Notes under the pieces: model-generated
The model's input: only the letters and a program-made list of their open reading frames with translations
Database searches by the model: none
What the model was told of the DNA's origin: nothing
Part shown: positions 1 to 12,727 of the stretch, one piece after another
Layout: every line of letters starts with the position of its first letter
How positions within the stretch are numbered: the stretch's first letter is position 1
Translations under genes and position numbers: made by a program
NCBI GenBank assembly: GCA_030390025.1
Contig: CM059430.1
Coordinates: 98,580,001-98,644,000 of the forward strand
DNA from: Squalus acanthias
Taxonomy: Eukaryota
DNA length: 64,000 nucleotides
Direction of reading: 5' to 3'

Positions 1-822
1 GGGAAAGGGAGCCTGGCCAATGTGTTAGTCAGGGAAAAATCTCATGGCATCCTGATTAAATCCTGGAATTGAAACAATATATATTTTAAATAGAAGGATA
101 AAGTGTCCAACTAAGTCACAGCCAGCCCTGAAACCTTCAGAATTAGGCAGCACCAGGAAATGACGGGATGGATTTATCTGTTTACAGAATGAGGGCTTTG
201 TTCTCAATGAGGTTTATTTAAATACATGATGAAATCTCTTAGACTCACTCACTGCTGTCCCAGTACAATTTCTGCTGGACTTTCTGATGCTTTCAGCAGC
301 CATTAGGATTAAGCCTGTCAGACCTTGTTGCAGATGGCTTTGGTTATACTCTAGATCTAATGTCCAAAACAGACCCAATGATGCCATCACATCAACAATG
401 AGGATACATTGCACCTACTGTTATTTTCAAACAAAGGAGACTCCGTGAAACAAGAGTGCCCTTTTTAACTTGTATAATCACAGCCGAAAGAGAAATAGCA
501 CCACATTTTCAATAGACAGACATGTGCAATAATAAATTCTTTGGGATAGCCAGAGGCTATGATGAGGCACTATATGCATCACAGTTCTTAAATTCTAATT
601 CTCTGCAGTCAAGAAAAGCACTTAACACATCTTTCAAATTTAGTGCTGAACAAATGCTGCACCAAGCAATGGCTGTTTACAGCTATTGCACTACACTCAG
701 CCCACACAGTCCCCAACCGCACCAATATTGGAATAATAGAGATTTTATTTATCATTCTTCACATCAAAAACTTGCTAGTTCTCAATTTGCATCAGTTATC
801 TCACATTAAATGAAAAATTATA

Positions 823-1465
823 GGCCTGGAGTTTCCTCCTTGGGTGCAGCCCGAAAGTTGCACCCGAAATTGTGTCCATTTTGCCGATGTCAAGTTACTC
901 GCAAGTATCTTCCCAATCTCATTAGAAGATGCCCAAACTTAAAATGGGAATAAATCAGTCAAGGAAACGTTAAGTTTTATCTTATTTAACCATCATTCAT
1001 GCAAATCAGCCTCAGCACGTTTAGAAGCCTGAAATTGAGGAAGATTTTCAATTTTTAATGTGACTTATACATTGCCATAACAATGCATTCAAAGAAACAG
1101 ATAATACAGAACAGTTTTCAGTAAGGATACATTTTTTAAAAATGCTCAAAAAATTGCAATTAAGAGACCAGAAAAATGAACTTGTTTCCCGCTGCACCTG
1201 AAAATTTGGCCGCAATTTTTGAGAACCCCCCCGAACGAGCGCAATTGGAAGATACTCGCATCTGAGATCGGGGGCGAGGCTAGTTTTGTGGCCGAACATT
1301 TATTCGGACGGAGGGTATGATGGACGGACATAAAAGATTGAGGAGATTCGGGCGTATTGTAGTTACGCGCGTAACTCACTTACGCCCACAATTCCGCGAT
1401 CTTTTAAGCAGCTTAATTTGTTTGTGCCCAGATTACATGTGCAAATACGGAGGAAACTCTAAGCC
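823..1465. mobile_element. Non-autonomous DNA transposon (PIF/Harbinger-type MITE)
   Basis: TIRs GGCCTGGAGTTTCCTCC / GGAGGAAACTCTAAGCC (15/17 match); GC-rich arms with an AT-rich core; TSD not preserved. Confidence 0.7.
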
Positions 1466-2385
1466 TCATTCTCTCTCGCACCTGTGATACCAACTTCTCC
1501 CTTTTGTCACTGAACTTGCCCTGGAACCACTGGTCCAATGCACTTGAACGACTGGTTATTTGAAGCAAAATAACCACAGATTTTTACAATTGGAGACAGT
1601 ATTACATAAAATAATTGTGATCATTTCAGGCTCCAGAATTTTTAATGAAAAACAAATACTTTCAAGACCGAGCAACGTCGAGCTTGACTTTCCAGGGCTT
1701 ATATAAATTAGATAAGTGAAGTGATGCAGTAGCCTAGTGTCTATTTACCATAAAATAATCATTCTAACTAGTACTATAATGTTCATTTGTATCGCCCATA
1801 TTTAACAGAGCTCGCCCGGTAAACATTTTTCTCAAGACGGTGGTCATTTAAGAAAAAAACTCCCTTGAAAGTGTAAGCAATCCTTTAATAAAATTATTGT
1901 TATACCCTAGTGGGTTTCCGTACCAATAAATTATTTTTAGTCTGAAACTATTCCATATGCCAGAAAGAATCTATTAGGCTGAATACATAACAATTCATCT
2001 ATATGTGTAATGCTGCGTGATTATTTTTGAGTGTTTTCTATTACTGTTATAACAACTCTAATGATACAGAGCTATCTTCTATAAGTGTAGAAACTGTTTT
2101 TATGAAGAATTATGCACATTTAGCAGGAAATGCATTATAGTAATAAGCCCTAAAATGTTACCAGTTTTGGCATCATTTCATCTGAGATTATTTTGGTATA
2201 GGAACAGATACCAATGCAACATTATGTCATTAGAACATTAAACAGAAGTCAGTCAGGAATAACCAAACACAATCAGGCACTCAGCAGACACTGATTCTAG
2301 GTATTTACACACATTAGTGATCCCTCACCCTGAAGGCCTGCAGTAAGGGCATCAATGACCAATGGTTCATCTAGAAAGGAGGTGA

Positions 2386-3122
2386 ATGAGAGAGGGCATC
2401 ACAGGTACATACATCCAGCTGGTTGTACTCTGGGCTGTGTCTGGAACAAAGGAGAGAATTTTGCAGATTAACAAGTACACAGGTACAGGGTGCCATCGAT
2501 TGCGAACACGTGGCAATCCAAGCACCATCATAGAAACCAGGAGTTTTTATAAACCTCAAGGGACATTCTTCCATCAATGCACAGCTGGTACGCAGCCACA
2601 AGAAGAGGTTATTGCAGGTTTGCGCCAGATTCCCTGGGAGCTACCATGATGAATTCATACTGCGGCAGTCCAACATTCCAGACCTATTTGTTCCAGGAAG
2701 CAGTCTTAAAGGCTGGCTTATAGGAGACAAGGGATACCCCGTGAGGAACACCACCAATGAGGCGCAGGAGCACTACGCCGAGAGCCACACAACCACCAAA
2801 TGTTTCATAGAGCAAGCCATCGGAATGTTGAAGAGGAGCTTCAGGTGCCTAGATAGGTCTGGAGGTGCCCTTCAGTACTCGACAGTGAGGGTCTCCAGAA
2901 TAATCATGGTGTACTGTGTCCTGCACAACATTGCGCAGCAGAGAGGATTGCAGGTGGAGGCAGATGAAGGCCCTCATCACTCATCTTCAGATGAGGGGAA
3001 TATGGAGGAAGTGAAGGAGGGGGAATAGGAGCGATATGAAGATGGGGCACCATTGCCATCCAGCCACATACATTGCTGCGCAGGATGCCTGGGATGCCCT
3101 AATAGCGCAAAGGTTCAGCTTA
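2386..3122 (+). pseudogene. PIF/Harbinger DDE transposase remnant (HARBI1-like), frameshifted
   Basis: Motifs across frames: VQGAIDCEHV, QVCARFPGSYHD, GWLIGDKGYP, IEQAIGMLKRSFRCLD, CVLHNIA, then an acidic tail. Confidence 0.9.
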
Positions 3123-3398
3123 TGTTGACTCACACAGAAAAACATCACAAATGAAATCCTGTGGTGAACTGAACAGTCCTTCAACCATGCATCCACCCAT
3201 TGCACATCCGCCCAATGGGTCCCATCATGTATTGACATTCATCATAAAACAAGTGAAAGGGCGAGTTAGCACTCGGGATGCAATAATGGGCAAGACGTAG
3301 AAGTGGTGCTAATCAATAAATTTTTTGAGTCGTTATAAGAAAAGGAAACTTAACAACATAACATTTTGTATAACACCCATGTGCATGCTCTTTGTGAA

Positions 3399-5170
3399 TT
3401 ACAAGAGCTTTCTCATACGCTTCCTACCGCTTCCATGTGGTGCATCCTGTGTGGCTTCAACAGAGGTAGAGGCAGGCTGCTCAGATCCCTGTCCTGACTG
3501 CTGAGATGCTTTTAGCTTATGCCCTCTGGCTTTTGAATCCCCTGAGGACCCGCCAAAGACTGCTCCACCTGCACTTGTGCAGGGGAAGACTCGGCCATCA
3601 ACAGGTGAGGCAACATGTCGGATGTTGGCTGAGTAGGGGAGCAACAGTGGGAGCGTTTGAGTGGAGTTCCCACTTCCATGGCCCCTTTCACCATCATCCC
3701 TCTCCTGGGCCAGCGCCACATCACTCCTACCACTCTGCTGCAGACCAGCTTGGTGGAGATCAGTGATGCGTTCTATGGCCACGGATTAGATACCTGTCAT
3801 CCTGTTTAATGCGGCAGACATGTTGGCATCCAAAGTCTGCATGGTCATGGTCATGGCCTGCATGGACTCATTTGAGAGCTGTGCTTGAAACTCCATGGAG
3901 ACGACCACTCTCTCCATGGCAGACATTCTCACAATTCCCTGCGCCACCAATCCACTAGCGATCGAGTTGGACTCCTCCATCCTCTCTGCTATTGTGCAGA
4001 GTGTGTGTGGCACATCTGTCAGTAACTGGCTAAGTTGCTGATGCAGCTCTAGCATTCTCCTTCTCAGCGATAGCCCCTGGGGTTTAGCATCTGTGTCCAG
4101 CTGAGCAGAGCTTGGAGAGGATTGTGCACCGTGACGTGGACTCTCCACAGCTGTTCGTCCCACCAGTGTCTGCTCGTGCTCACTTTGAGTTCTGAATCAC
4201 CAGGTGAAAACCCAACTAACTGTTTAAGTGGACTCACTGAAGTGCGAGTATTTGCACTGGTGCATGACTATGTCTGATGATGGTGCACCCTCAGAAGGAA
4301 TGAGGTCCTCTGAAGAATCATCCTCATGGGGAGCCTGTGACACTTGCTGTATGTGTGAAGGCCCTGGAAGACAAAAAAAGGATATAAATTACTCGTGGCA
4401 AAGTCACAATCTTGATAGCACCATAGTTGGTCTTCTCATAGTTCAATCATTAATGAAATGAAGTCAGCATATGTGTGTCAGAGATATTTTTAATTCTGTC
4501 ACCAGCTATTTGCAAGCTCCCTGTCTCTTCATTACTGATTGAGAGGGATGTAAATGTGCCACTTATCTCCAGGGCCTCTCCATCTGCATCTGCTATTTGT
4601 GCTGGGCCACCGCCAGCCCTCTCCTTCTGCCTCATGTTTTGTGCTCTCTTCTCCTACAGGGGCGAAAAAACAGACCTGTGTGTGAGTGAAGGTGAGGTAT
4701 TCTCCTGATGAATGCAGTGCATTTGGTGAGGGTGACTATAAGACAGATACATCACATTGCATAAGGATTGGGGTGAGTATCAACGGTGGATGGATAAAAT
4801 GGGGAAGTGATGAAGTGCATAGAAAGTTAAGGCTGGGTGCTTCTGAAATTTGAGTGGATGTGAGGAGTGATGTGATGGAGTATGGGTGGGGGCTTAAAGC
4901 ACAGGATGTAGGTGATTCAGCAAATGTACTCACTTTTCCTGGCCTGGTTGGGTCATTAAATCGCTTTCTGCACTGCATGCAAGACTGGGACACAATGCTT
5001 CTGCTGCTCACCCCCTCAGCTACTTCCAACCACGCCTTCCTGGTGAGAGCCACAGGTTTCTTCCCCCCATCGCTGGGAAAAATATGTCCCTCCTTCTCCT
5101 GACTGCACCCAGCAGTAATTCCAGGGATGCATCATTAAACCTGGGTGCTGCCCTTGCTCTCAGTGCATTC
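3399..5170 (-). pseudogene. Harbinger Myb/SANT-like (trihelix) accessory gene remnant with introns
   Basis: RAAPRFNDASLELLL...AWLEVAEGV...QCRKRFND; GTGAGT donor at 4933, AG acceptor at 4654, then EKRAQNMRQKERAGGG; convergent with the transposase. Confidence 0.85.
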
Positions 5171-5565
5171 ATCGTAAACACCTTCAGGGTCCTCCAATTT
5201 CCATTTCTACATTGTCCCTTTAAATAGAGTTGAGATCGCATCATGCCAGTGCACATTGCACCCACTGTGCAGCTTGGAGACGCGAAACCTGGAAGTTGGA
5301 AATTTATTGCTTCAATTCAATTGTGATCGCAGATTCTGACCCACTGACTTGACTTCCAGGTTTTGGCCCTGTAATTCCGCTACCCCTCCACCAATCAGAA
5401 GCTGCCTTCAGATTAATTTCGGCCCAAAACTCCCTGGTTTACATAAGTAGGTCATCAGCCTGACTCACAACTCCCTACCAGCAGAACTGGCTAGATGCAA
5501 TGGGGCATCCTGTTGCATGTCAACCCAGTATTCAGAGACCGGAACTCTTGCCTCCACTTGCCGGC

Positions 5566-5640
5566 ACTATCTGGTGTGGGGCTCGAATGCATAACCTTCT
5601 GACTCAGAGGTAGGAATGCTGTCACTAAGCCGAGGCTCAC
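5566..5640 (-). mobile_element. tRNA-derived SINE head fragment (Deu-type SINE)
   Basis: Reverse complement resembles the SINE head at 12518 (GGCTTAGTG...CTCTGAGTCAGAAGG...TTCGAGCCCC, A/B-box-like). Confidence 0.6.
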
Positions 5641-5772
5641 TCCTTTAAATGATGTCGAGAAGATTAATCTGGAACTCTGATTATTTAATAGATCTATAAA
5701 TAATTACTTACTTGCTCTACAGATAAGGCAGAATAAGGTTTCATAAGTTGTTTCAGGTATGCTAGGATATAG

Positions 5773-5985
5773 CACACTGGGGGCATAGGTCAAAACTGGT
5801 GAAAGGGAAATCTAGGATTGATATCAGAAGTAACTTTTTCATGCAAAAAGCAACCAACAATTGGTAATGGAGGTGAAACCCTCCGAGTCGTTTTAGTGGC
5901 AGGTGATATGACGGAGGGAGACTAAGCTTTTCTTTATTCTGAATGGATCAGCTAAGATGGCTGAGTGGCTTTCTAGACCTTAAAT
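5773..5985 (+). mobile_element. Old CR1 LINE 3' fragment
   Basis: Degenerate TRGH-KL-KG-RxDIRxNFFxQ C-terminal motif of CR1 ORF2. Confidence 0.6.
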
Positions 5986-6821
5986 TACCTTGTGACGTGG
6001 TTCAAGTTGTGGCAGTGTGGAATTCCTTTCCTCAATATATTATGGCTTCTGTATCTGATTGTTATTTCTAGAGTTTGAAGAGATGAGTAAATAAGTTATT
6101 TATGGAATGACTAATCACATCCTATGCTTAATTTTTATGTTGGTGTCCATCACAGTAATATTTTAATTTAATGTTTTAGCATTTTCTATTTTACCAACAA
6201 TTGATTTTCTGTAATTAGAATAAATACATATTGGACATTAATTCAGGATACAGTATTGAATATAGTCATCAATATGAGTTAGTGGAATGATCCTGGTAAC
6301 AAATTTACAGCTCCCATGAAGAAAAGTGAATAATCATTCAACAATCACAGAGCTGATGAAAGGACAAACTCCTCTGTGATGAAGGATTCTTTTTTAATGA
6401 ATGTTGCTGATTTTTTTCCAGTTTCTTCTAGATGATATTTTGAAAAGATACGCTGATAAGAACTACAAAATACACAAGTAACAGTACCAAATAGGCAGCA
6501 TGTCCAGTCGCTGCTCTAATCAATTATCTGCTTCATTCATATCAGAGGTCCCATAATGTGGGTTTAAAGGTACAGTGTAGTACTATTAGTGTGTTATATT
6601 GCACTACTAATTGCTATAATCAAAATAGTTTGTTTTAGCATGATACTGGGACCTATTTTTATGATGTTTTACCTGGGAAATGTATATGTTGAATTATGTA
6701 CCCTGTCACGCATCCACCGCTATTTTTATCTCAATGATGTCATATATGTGATGTCCTATTATGGTTATATATGTGAGAAGTCGCACAACACCAGGTTATA
6801 GTCCAACAGATTTATTTAAAA

Positions 6822-6859
6822 TTACAAGCTTTCGGAGCTGTTGCCCCTTCGTCAGGTAA
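6822..6859 (-). ncRNA. Minimal type I hammerhead ribozyme motif (Penelope pLTR, inverted copy)
   Basis: UUAC-CUGACGA-A-GGGGC AACA GCUCC-GAAA-GCUU-GUAA. Confidence 0.75.
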
Positions 6860-7053
6860 AGGTACAATGAGGGAATCTACAATATTACACAGTATATAAA
6901 CACAAAAAGCAATTTGTCTGCAGAGATACAATCTTTCGGGAGGCATTACGTCAAAGACACACCAGAGCACAGCCAAGACAATGAGATGGGTCACAGGGGG
7001 TCCAACGTGTCAAATCCTGCTGTCTGCAGTTGAGCTTTTAACCTTTTTTTTTC

Positions 7054-7639
7054 TCGCAGCCTTCAACATGTCATCGATGACGACGAACACCTTGCTAAGG
7101 CCATCCCCATGCCTCCACTACTCGCCTTCAAGCAGCCGCCTAACCTCAAAAGTACCATCGTTCGCAGCAAATTACCCAGCTGTCAGGAGAACAGCGACCA
7201 CGACACCACACAACCCTGCCACGGCAACCTCTGCAAGACATGCCAGATCATGGACACAGATACCATCATCACACGTGAGGACACTACCCACCAGGTACAT
7301 GGTACATACTCATGTGACTCGGCCAACGTTGTCTATCTGGTACGTTGCATGAAAGGATGCCCCAGAGCATGGTACATCGGCGAGACCATGCAGACACTGA
7401 GACAATGTATGAACGGACACCGCGCAACAATCGCCAGGCAGGATTGTTACCTCCCAGTCGGGGAACACTTCAGCAGTCAAGGACATTCAGCCTCGGATCT
7501 GCGGGTTAGCGTTCTCCAAGGCGGCCTTCGAGACACACGACAACGCAAAATCATCGAGCAGAAACTGATAACCAAGTTCCGCACTCATGAGGATGGCCTC
7601 AATAGGGATATCGGGTTCATGTCACGCTACAGAACGTGA
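7054..7639 (+). pseudogene. Penelope-like element ORF C-terminus: Cys-rich linker plus GIY-YIG endonuclease (RT missing)
   Basis: PPNLK, PCHGNLCKTC, VVYLVRC...WYIGET...MNGHR...VGEHF...GLNRD. Confidence 0.92.
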
Positions 7640-7901
7640 CTCGACATCGTTGTCTGTCTTTCCAGTTTAAAAAAAACACAAAAAAACCCCAAAAAAACAC
7701 AAAAAGGAAAAAAAAAAGGTTAAAAGCTCAACTGCAGACAGCAGGATTTGACACATCGGACCCCCTGTGACCCATCTCATTGTCTTGGCTGTGCTCTGGT
7801 GTGTCTTTGATGTAATGCCTCCCGAAAGATTGTATCTCTGCAGACAAATTGCTTTTTGTGTTTATATACTGTGTAATATTGTAGATTCCCTCACTGTACC
7901 T

Positions 7902-7939
7902 TTACCTGATGAAGGGGCAACAGCTCCGAAAGCTTGTAA
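7902..7939 (+). ncRNA. Minimal type I hammerhead ribozyme motif (Penelope pLTR)
   Basis: UUAC-CUGAUGA-A-GGGGC AACA GCUCC-GAAA-GCUU-GUAA; helix I UUAC/GUAA, 5-bp helix II. Confidence 0.8.
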
Positions 7940-8352
7940 TTTTAAATAAATCTGTTGGACTATAACCTGGTGTTGTGCGACTTCTCATTTTTGTCCACCC
8001 CAGTCCAACACCGGCATCTCTGCATCATGGTTATATATGTGATATCCCACTATACATTGATCAATGAACCTAGAACATAAGAACATAAGAAATAGGAGCA
8101 GGAGTAGGCCATATGGCCCCTCGAGCCTGCTCCGCCATTCAATAAGATCATGGCTGATCATCGACCTCAACTCCACTTTCCTGCCCGATCTCCATATCCC
8201 TTGATTCCCCTAGAGTCCAAAAATCTATCTATCTCAGCGTTGAAGACTCAGCATTCACAGCCCTCTGGGGCAGAGAATTCCAAAGATTCACAACCCTCTG
8301 ACTGAAGAAATTCCTCCTCATCTCGGTCTTAAATGGCCGACCCCTTATCCTG

Positions 8353-9987
8353 TGTAAGGGTTTGTGCCTGTGTCTCAGACGGTGCTGGTGCGAGGTTAGG
8401 CCTTCGTTGCCTAATACTATTGCTTGCTCTGGTCTCCGGCCAGCCTTTTTGCAATAAGCACCTGTGAGTGGTTCGACCCACTCGCCCTTACGGTTCTAAC
8501 ACTGGACTTAGGTGCAGGGAGCAGTAATGCAGAGAAAACTCAAATAGACCCGGTTGAATAGTACGAAATGGAAATTTTTATTGCATAGCGTCCAAAATCA
8601 TGAAGTACATGTCATAGGCGCAAATTAACGAGATTACAAGTATACATACATTCATAAAGCTTGGTCTATGGAAATGAAGAACGCATGGCACATCGTAAAA
8701 AGGGGAACACATTATACCTTAACCTTAATAAAACCACCCTCCCTTAACAATACCTACACTACGTCTAGATTTGTAGGATCGGGAAACCTGCTCACCACTC
8801 GTGTTACTTCGGAGAATTTTAAAGTGAGGCACTCGGCTCGTTTCGCTGCAGCGCCTGACTGTCACGTGTTTGGAAGGGTCTCTGTACCCCACTTGTTTAT
8901 CTTCGCTGCTGCGACAAGCAGGCCAGACTCTCTGTTGTCATGAAGAACTCGGTAGAACTCGGAAACGTTTGTAAAATTCAAAGAAGAGTCTTCCTGTGCT
9001 CGACACCGGTTGTCGGTAGACTTCAATGAAAAGTTCTTTATTATATTTTCAGGCGTGGTCGGGGTTTACTGACCGTGGCGGCACATGGATTCTTCTCCTC
9101 TTCTTCTCGTCTCGTCTCGTCTCTTCGGGCCTCCGGGTCCAGATACCGTTTACCGACACTCGGGATGGTGCACCCGGTCACTTGCCCTTGTCGGGGCGGC
9201 TCGTTCCGAGTGAGCTCCACCCAACATTCGAATAACCGACCAGTACGGCTAACAGTCAAGAGTCAACAAAGTCCAGAGAAAACACAAAAGGCTGCTCGTC
9301 CAGCAGAGCGATACCCGAGGATAAGGATAAGAGAATAAGAGAGCGATGGACATTTGTTCACTATAGTTATAGTGCTGTGTTCCCTTATCTCCCGCTCAAA
9401 TCTTAATGTTTGTCCTTTGTGTAATATTGGCGCTCAAAACTCCCAGCATGGGGCGATTCTTCTCTTTAACGGGTTTCGGTAGCACCTGAAACTGGCCAAC
9501 TATCCGTTAATGTTTTTCCCATTGTTGACCCAGCCAGGATGTGTATGAATCGTCTCCCTGACTGGTTTTGGGGGCCCCCGAATACTTGCTTAATCACCAG
9601 TCGATGTCTCTCTCATTGTAGAGCCGGGGGGGGTATTTGTGTATTGATGTGTCTGGATGGACCTTCGATTGCCCAGTACAATGGTCTTACTTGTGCATGG
9701 AAAACGATTCCAGCATTTATATCTTTGCTATTGTTCCAAATGCAAACGGGTTGCATCCTGTCTTTATCAGTGTTTACCGAGTATGATCCAATCTTATACT
9801 AAATGTATATTCGACGCCATTTTGTCTGCCCACTGTGTTTCTGGAAGCTTCTGCCACGATGCGCGGCGGCCATTTTACAGGCTTCTGTGTCCTTTATTAT
9901 CAGGACAGCATTTCGTTTAATAAAACTGATCAAACGAATCTGCTTCTCTCATGTTATTTTGAATCGCGATAATTGCGAAACTTTACA
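8353..9987. mobile_element. Solo LTR-like insertion (1635 bp) of an LTR retrotransposon or ERV
   Basis: TGTAAG...CTTTACA termini; perfect 4-bp TSD CCTG (8349-8352, 9988-9991); cleanly splits the CR1; no recognisable ORF. Confidence 0.8.
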
Positions 9988-10235
9988 CCTGTGACTATGC
10001 CCCCTAGTTCTAGACACTCCAGCCAGGGGAAACAACCTCTCAGCATCTACCCTGTCAATCCCCTTCAGAATCTTGTATGTTTCAATGAGATCACCTCTCA
10101 TTCTTCTAAACTCCAGAGAGTATAGGCCCATTCTACACAATCTCTCATCATAGGACAGCCCTCTCATCCCAGGAATCAATCTAGTGAACCTTCGTTGCAC
10201 CGCCTCCAAGGTAAGTATGTCCTTCCTTAGATAAA

Positions 10236-10999
10236 GGCCCGAAAATTAGACCTAATACGGGAGATTGCGCACTGTGTACTCTCGCGTATTAGGTCCCGAA
10301 GTGCTGGTTTCCTGCATGCACTGCGCATGCGCGGGAAACCGGCACTTCGGGTATTGCGAAGGGGGCGGTTCCTAAGTGAACCGCGTGCGCACTACAGGTT
10401 GCGCGCACGCAGCACACTTAGTTTTTTTTTCAGGTTTGAACGCGCAGGTAAGTGTTGAAGCTTTTACACATGAAGAAAGCAGGCGTAAGACCCCCTTTTA
10501 ACAAGGTAAGTAGTTAATTAAGTATTATTTAAAAAAATTTTCAACAGGTTTATCTTTTTTAGAGACTTTAAAGAAAGGTAAGTTTATTTTTATAACTTTT
10601 AAAAATAATTTAAATTTTTTCAAAAATTTAAATTTTTGTTTAAAGTGGTTAATTTATTTAACTATAGTTATTTTATTAATGTGATGGCTTTTTTTTAAAT
10701 TTAATTGAGGTTTAGCTGTTCTTTTGGGGGCTTGTTGTATTCATAGTTTTGACAGCTCTTCCTGTCAAAACTATGAATGAAAGATGGTGTGCTGCCATTG
10801 GCTCTAACTGGCCCACGTAATCCCAGAGGTCGCATCGCACTAACTGCGCCTCTGGGACACGCAACACTGCGCGCCGGCACCAGGGAGAGGCCCAGGAACT
10901 GAAGTTCGTGTGGGCCAAAATCATAAAGGCAGGCGCGGAGTGCGATATCGCGAGGGATCCTTACCCCCGCGGCAACCATCGAAGTACAATTTCTGGGCC
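10236..10999. mobile_element. Harbinger-type MITE family B, copy 1
   Basis: TIR GGCCCGAAAATT / AATTTCTGGGCC; 3-bp TSD AAA; near-identical to 54163-54928. Confidence 0.9.
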
Positions 11000-11351
11000 A
11001 AAGAGACCAAAACTGTGCACAGTACTCCAGGTGTGGTCTCACCAAGGCTCTGTACAATTGTAGCAAGACTTACTTACTCTTATACTCCAACTCCCTTGCA
11101 ATAAAGGCCAACATGCCATTTGCTTTCCTTATTGCTTGCTGTACCTGCATGCTGGCTTTCTGTGTTTCTTGCATGATGACACCCAAATCTCTCTGAACAC
11201 CAACATTTGAAAGTTTCTCACCATTTAAAAATATTCTGTTTTTCTATTCTTCCTATCAAAGTGAATAACCTCACATTTCCCTACATTATACTCCATCTGC
11301 CACCTTACTACTCACTCACTTAGTCTATCTATATCCCTTTGCAGACTCCTT

Positions 11352-12244
11352 GGGGTAGAAATTAGGTCGCGCCCCATTTGGGGCGCAAATATCGTCTGGA
11401 CGCAAATATTAGCGCCTGGCGCTAATTATCGGCACTGACAGGAAACTTCACTTTTACCGCCCCGGGAGGTGAGTGGAGCGCTAAAGCAGGCGCTGCACAC
11501 CTGTCTTAAGGCGCAAAGGCCAAGGAGTGAGGCGCTAACTCAGAGCGCTGGCGAAGCTCATGTAATGTCAGTCAGCAATGAAACACACACACAATGGCAC
11601 GGGCCAGTTCTTAAAGGGGATGGTTAATCTTGCTTTCCATCCACATCCTGTTCATTGCAGCCTTGAATCTCGGCCTGGAGAGACTTGCACATCAAGTGTG
11701 CTGGAAAGAACAATGGAGAGTACCAGGCAAAGAGCTCAGAGTGCAGCTCCCACAGTCTCTGCTAAATCGATACAAGGAAGGGCAAATCAAAATGAACCTG
11801 CAAAGTGCTGCTCAGTACCCAAAACTCCTTCACACAACGTTGAATCTCTCCAGAAGTCTCTCCCTCTCTCTCTCAGAATGCGTAGTTCAAAAATGCCACC
11901 GACAATAAAAGCCAGGAAGAGGCCCCCTTTAAATAGCGCCCTCCCCAGCCCCACAGCGATTGATAGCGTTCCAGTCTTCTGGTCGTTGGATGCGCCAGGC
12001 GGTAAGGCAGGGGGCGCCACTCAATTTCCGCTCCGGGGCGCCACAAGGGCGTTGCACCATGGAATGACATCACAATCTGCGCGCGCAGGTGGTCGCAGCG
12101 GTAAGTTTTAGCGCCGCCGCACAATCTCAAGTTAAGTTCTCGAGCGGCGCAAACATCGCTGCGCACGGGCGTTAGCGGCTTTGCGCCCCATTAGCGCCCT
12201 CTTAAGGCGCTAACGGGAGGCGCAACCAAGTGAATTTTTACCCC
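11352..12244. mobile_element. Harbinger-type non-autonomous element family C, copy 1
   Basis: TIR GGGGTAGAAATT / AATTTTTACCCC; 3-bp TSD CTT; homologous to 59727-60622. Confidence 0.9.
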
Positions 12245-12727
12245 CTTGTGTTCTCCTCACAGCTTACTGTTCCACCTAGCTTTGTATCATCAGAAAACTT
12301 GGATACATTACACTCGGTCCCTTCATCTAGGTCATTGATATAGAGTGTAAATAGCTGAGGCCCCAACACTGATCCTTGCGGCACCCCACTAGTTACAGCC
12401 TGCCAACCTGAAAAAGATCCGGTAATCCATACTCTCTATTTTCTGTCCGTTAACCAATCCTCTAGCCAACCTTAACTTCAACAATCTTGCTTAACACGGT
12501 TATATGAAGTTAAGGTTTCAGCCTTGGCTCAGTGGTAGGACTCTCGCCTCTGAATCAGAAGGGTGTGGGCTCAAACTCCACTCCAATATCTAGGCTAACA
12601 CTTCAGTGCAATACTGAGGGAGTGCTGCCATGTAAGAGGTGCCACCTTCCTGATGAGACGTTAAACCGAGGCTCTTTTCGGGTGGATGTAAAACATTCTG
12701 TCGCACTATTTGAAAAAGAGCAGGGGA

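Larger units (their letters stand above)
2330..5425. mobile_element. Decayed autonomous-type PIF/Harbinger transposon (left end lost)
   Basis: Convergent transposase and Myb/SANT genes; right end AATTTCGGCCC resembles the MITE TIRs in this window. Confidence 0.8.
6777..8026 (+). mobile_element. Penelope-like retroelement, 5'-truncated, with inverted pseudo-LTR
   Basis: GIY-YIG ORF; about 280-bp inverted repeats (6775-7052 vs 7706-7987); 16-bp direct repeat ATGGTTATATATGTGA at 6761-6776 and 8027-8042. Confidence 0.92.
8069..12465 (-). mobile_element. CR1 LINE 3' part (RT C-terminus), interrupted by an LTR and two MITEs
   Basis: (AGAACATA)n tail; [28 protein letters not shown] and FSDDTKL motifs rejoin across three insertions. 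Confidence 0.92.

Noticed and set aside
214-414. Minus-strand ORF with possible splice signals
   Set aside because: Weak acceptor and no recognisable protein
2386-3122. Domesticated HARBI1 host gene
   Set aside because: Frameshifted, truncated and paired with a Myb/SANT gene as in transposons
6812-7949. Duplicated 60-aa ORF MTHLIVLAVLW on both strands
   Set aside because: Consequence of the Penelope inverted repeat; GTG start and no evidence of coding
11578-12111. 177-aa ORF in a family C element
   Set aside because: Not kept open in the second copy (59727-60622); no domain recognised
12518-12590. tRNA gene
   Set aside because: SINE head; no cloverleaf and followed by the Deu domain
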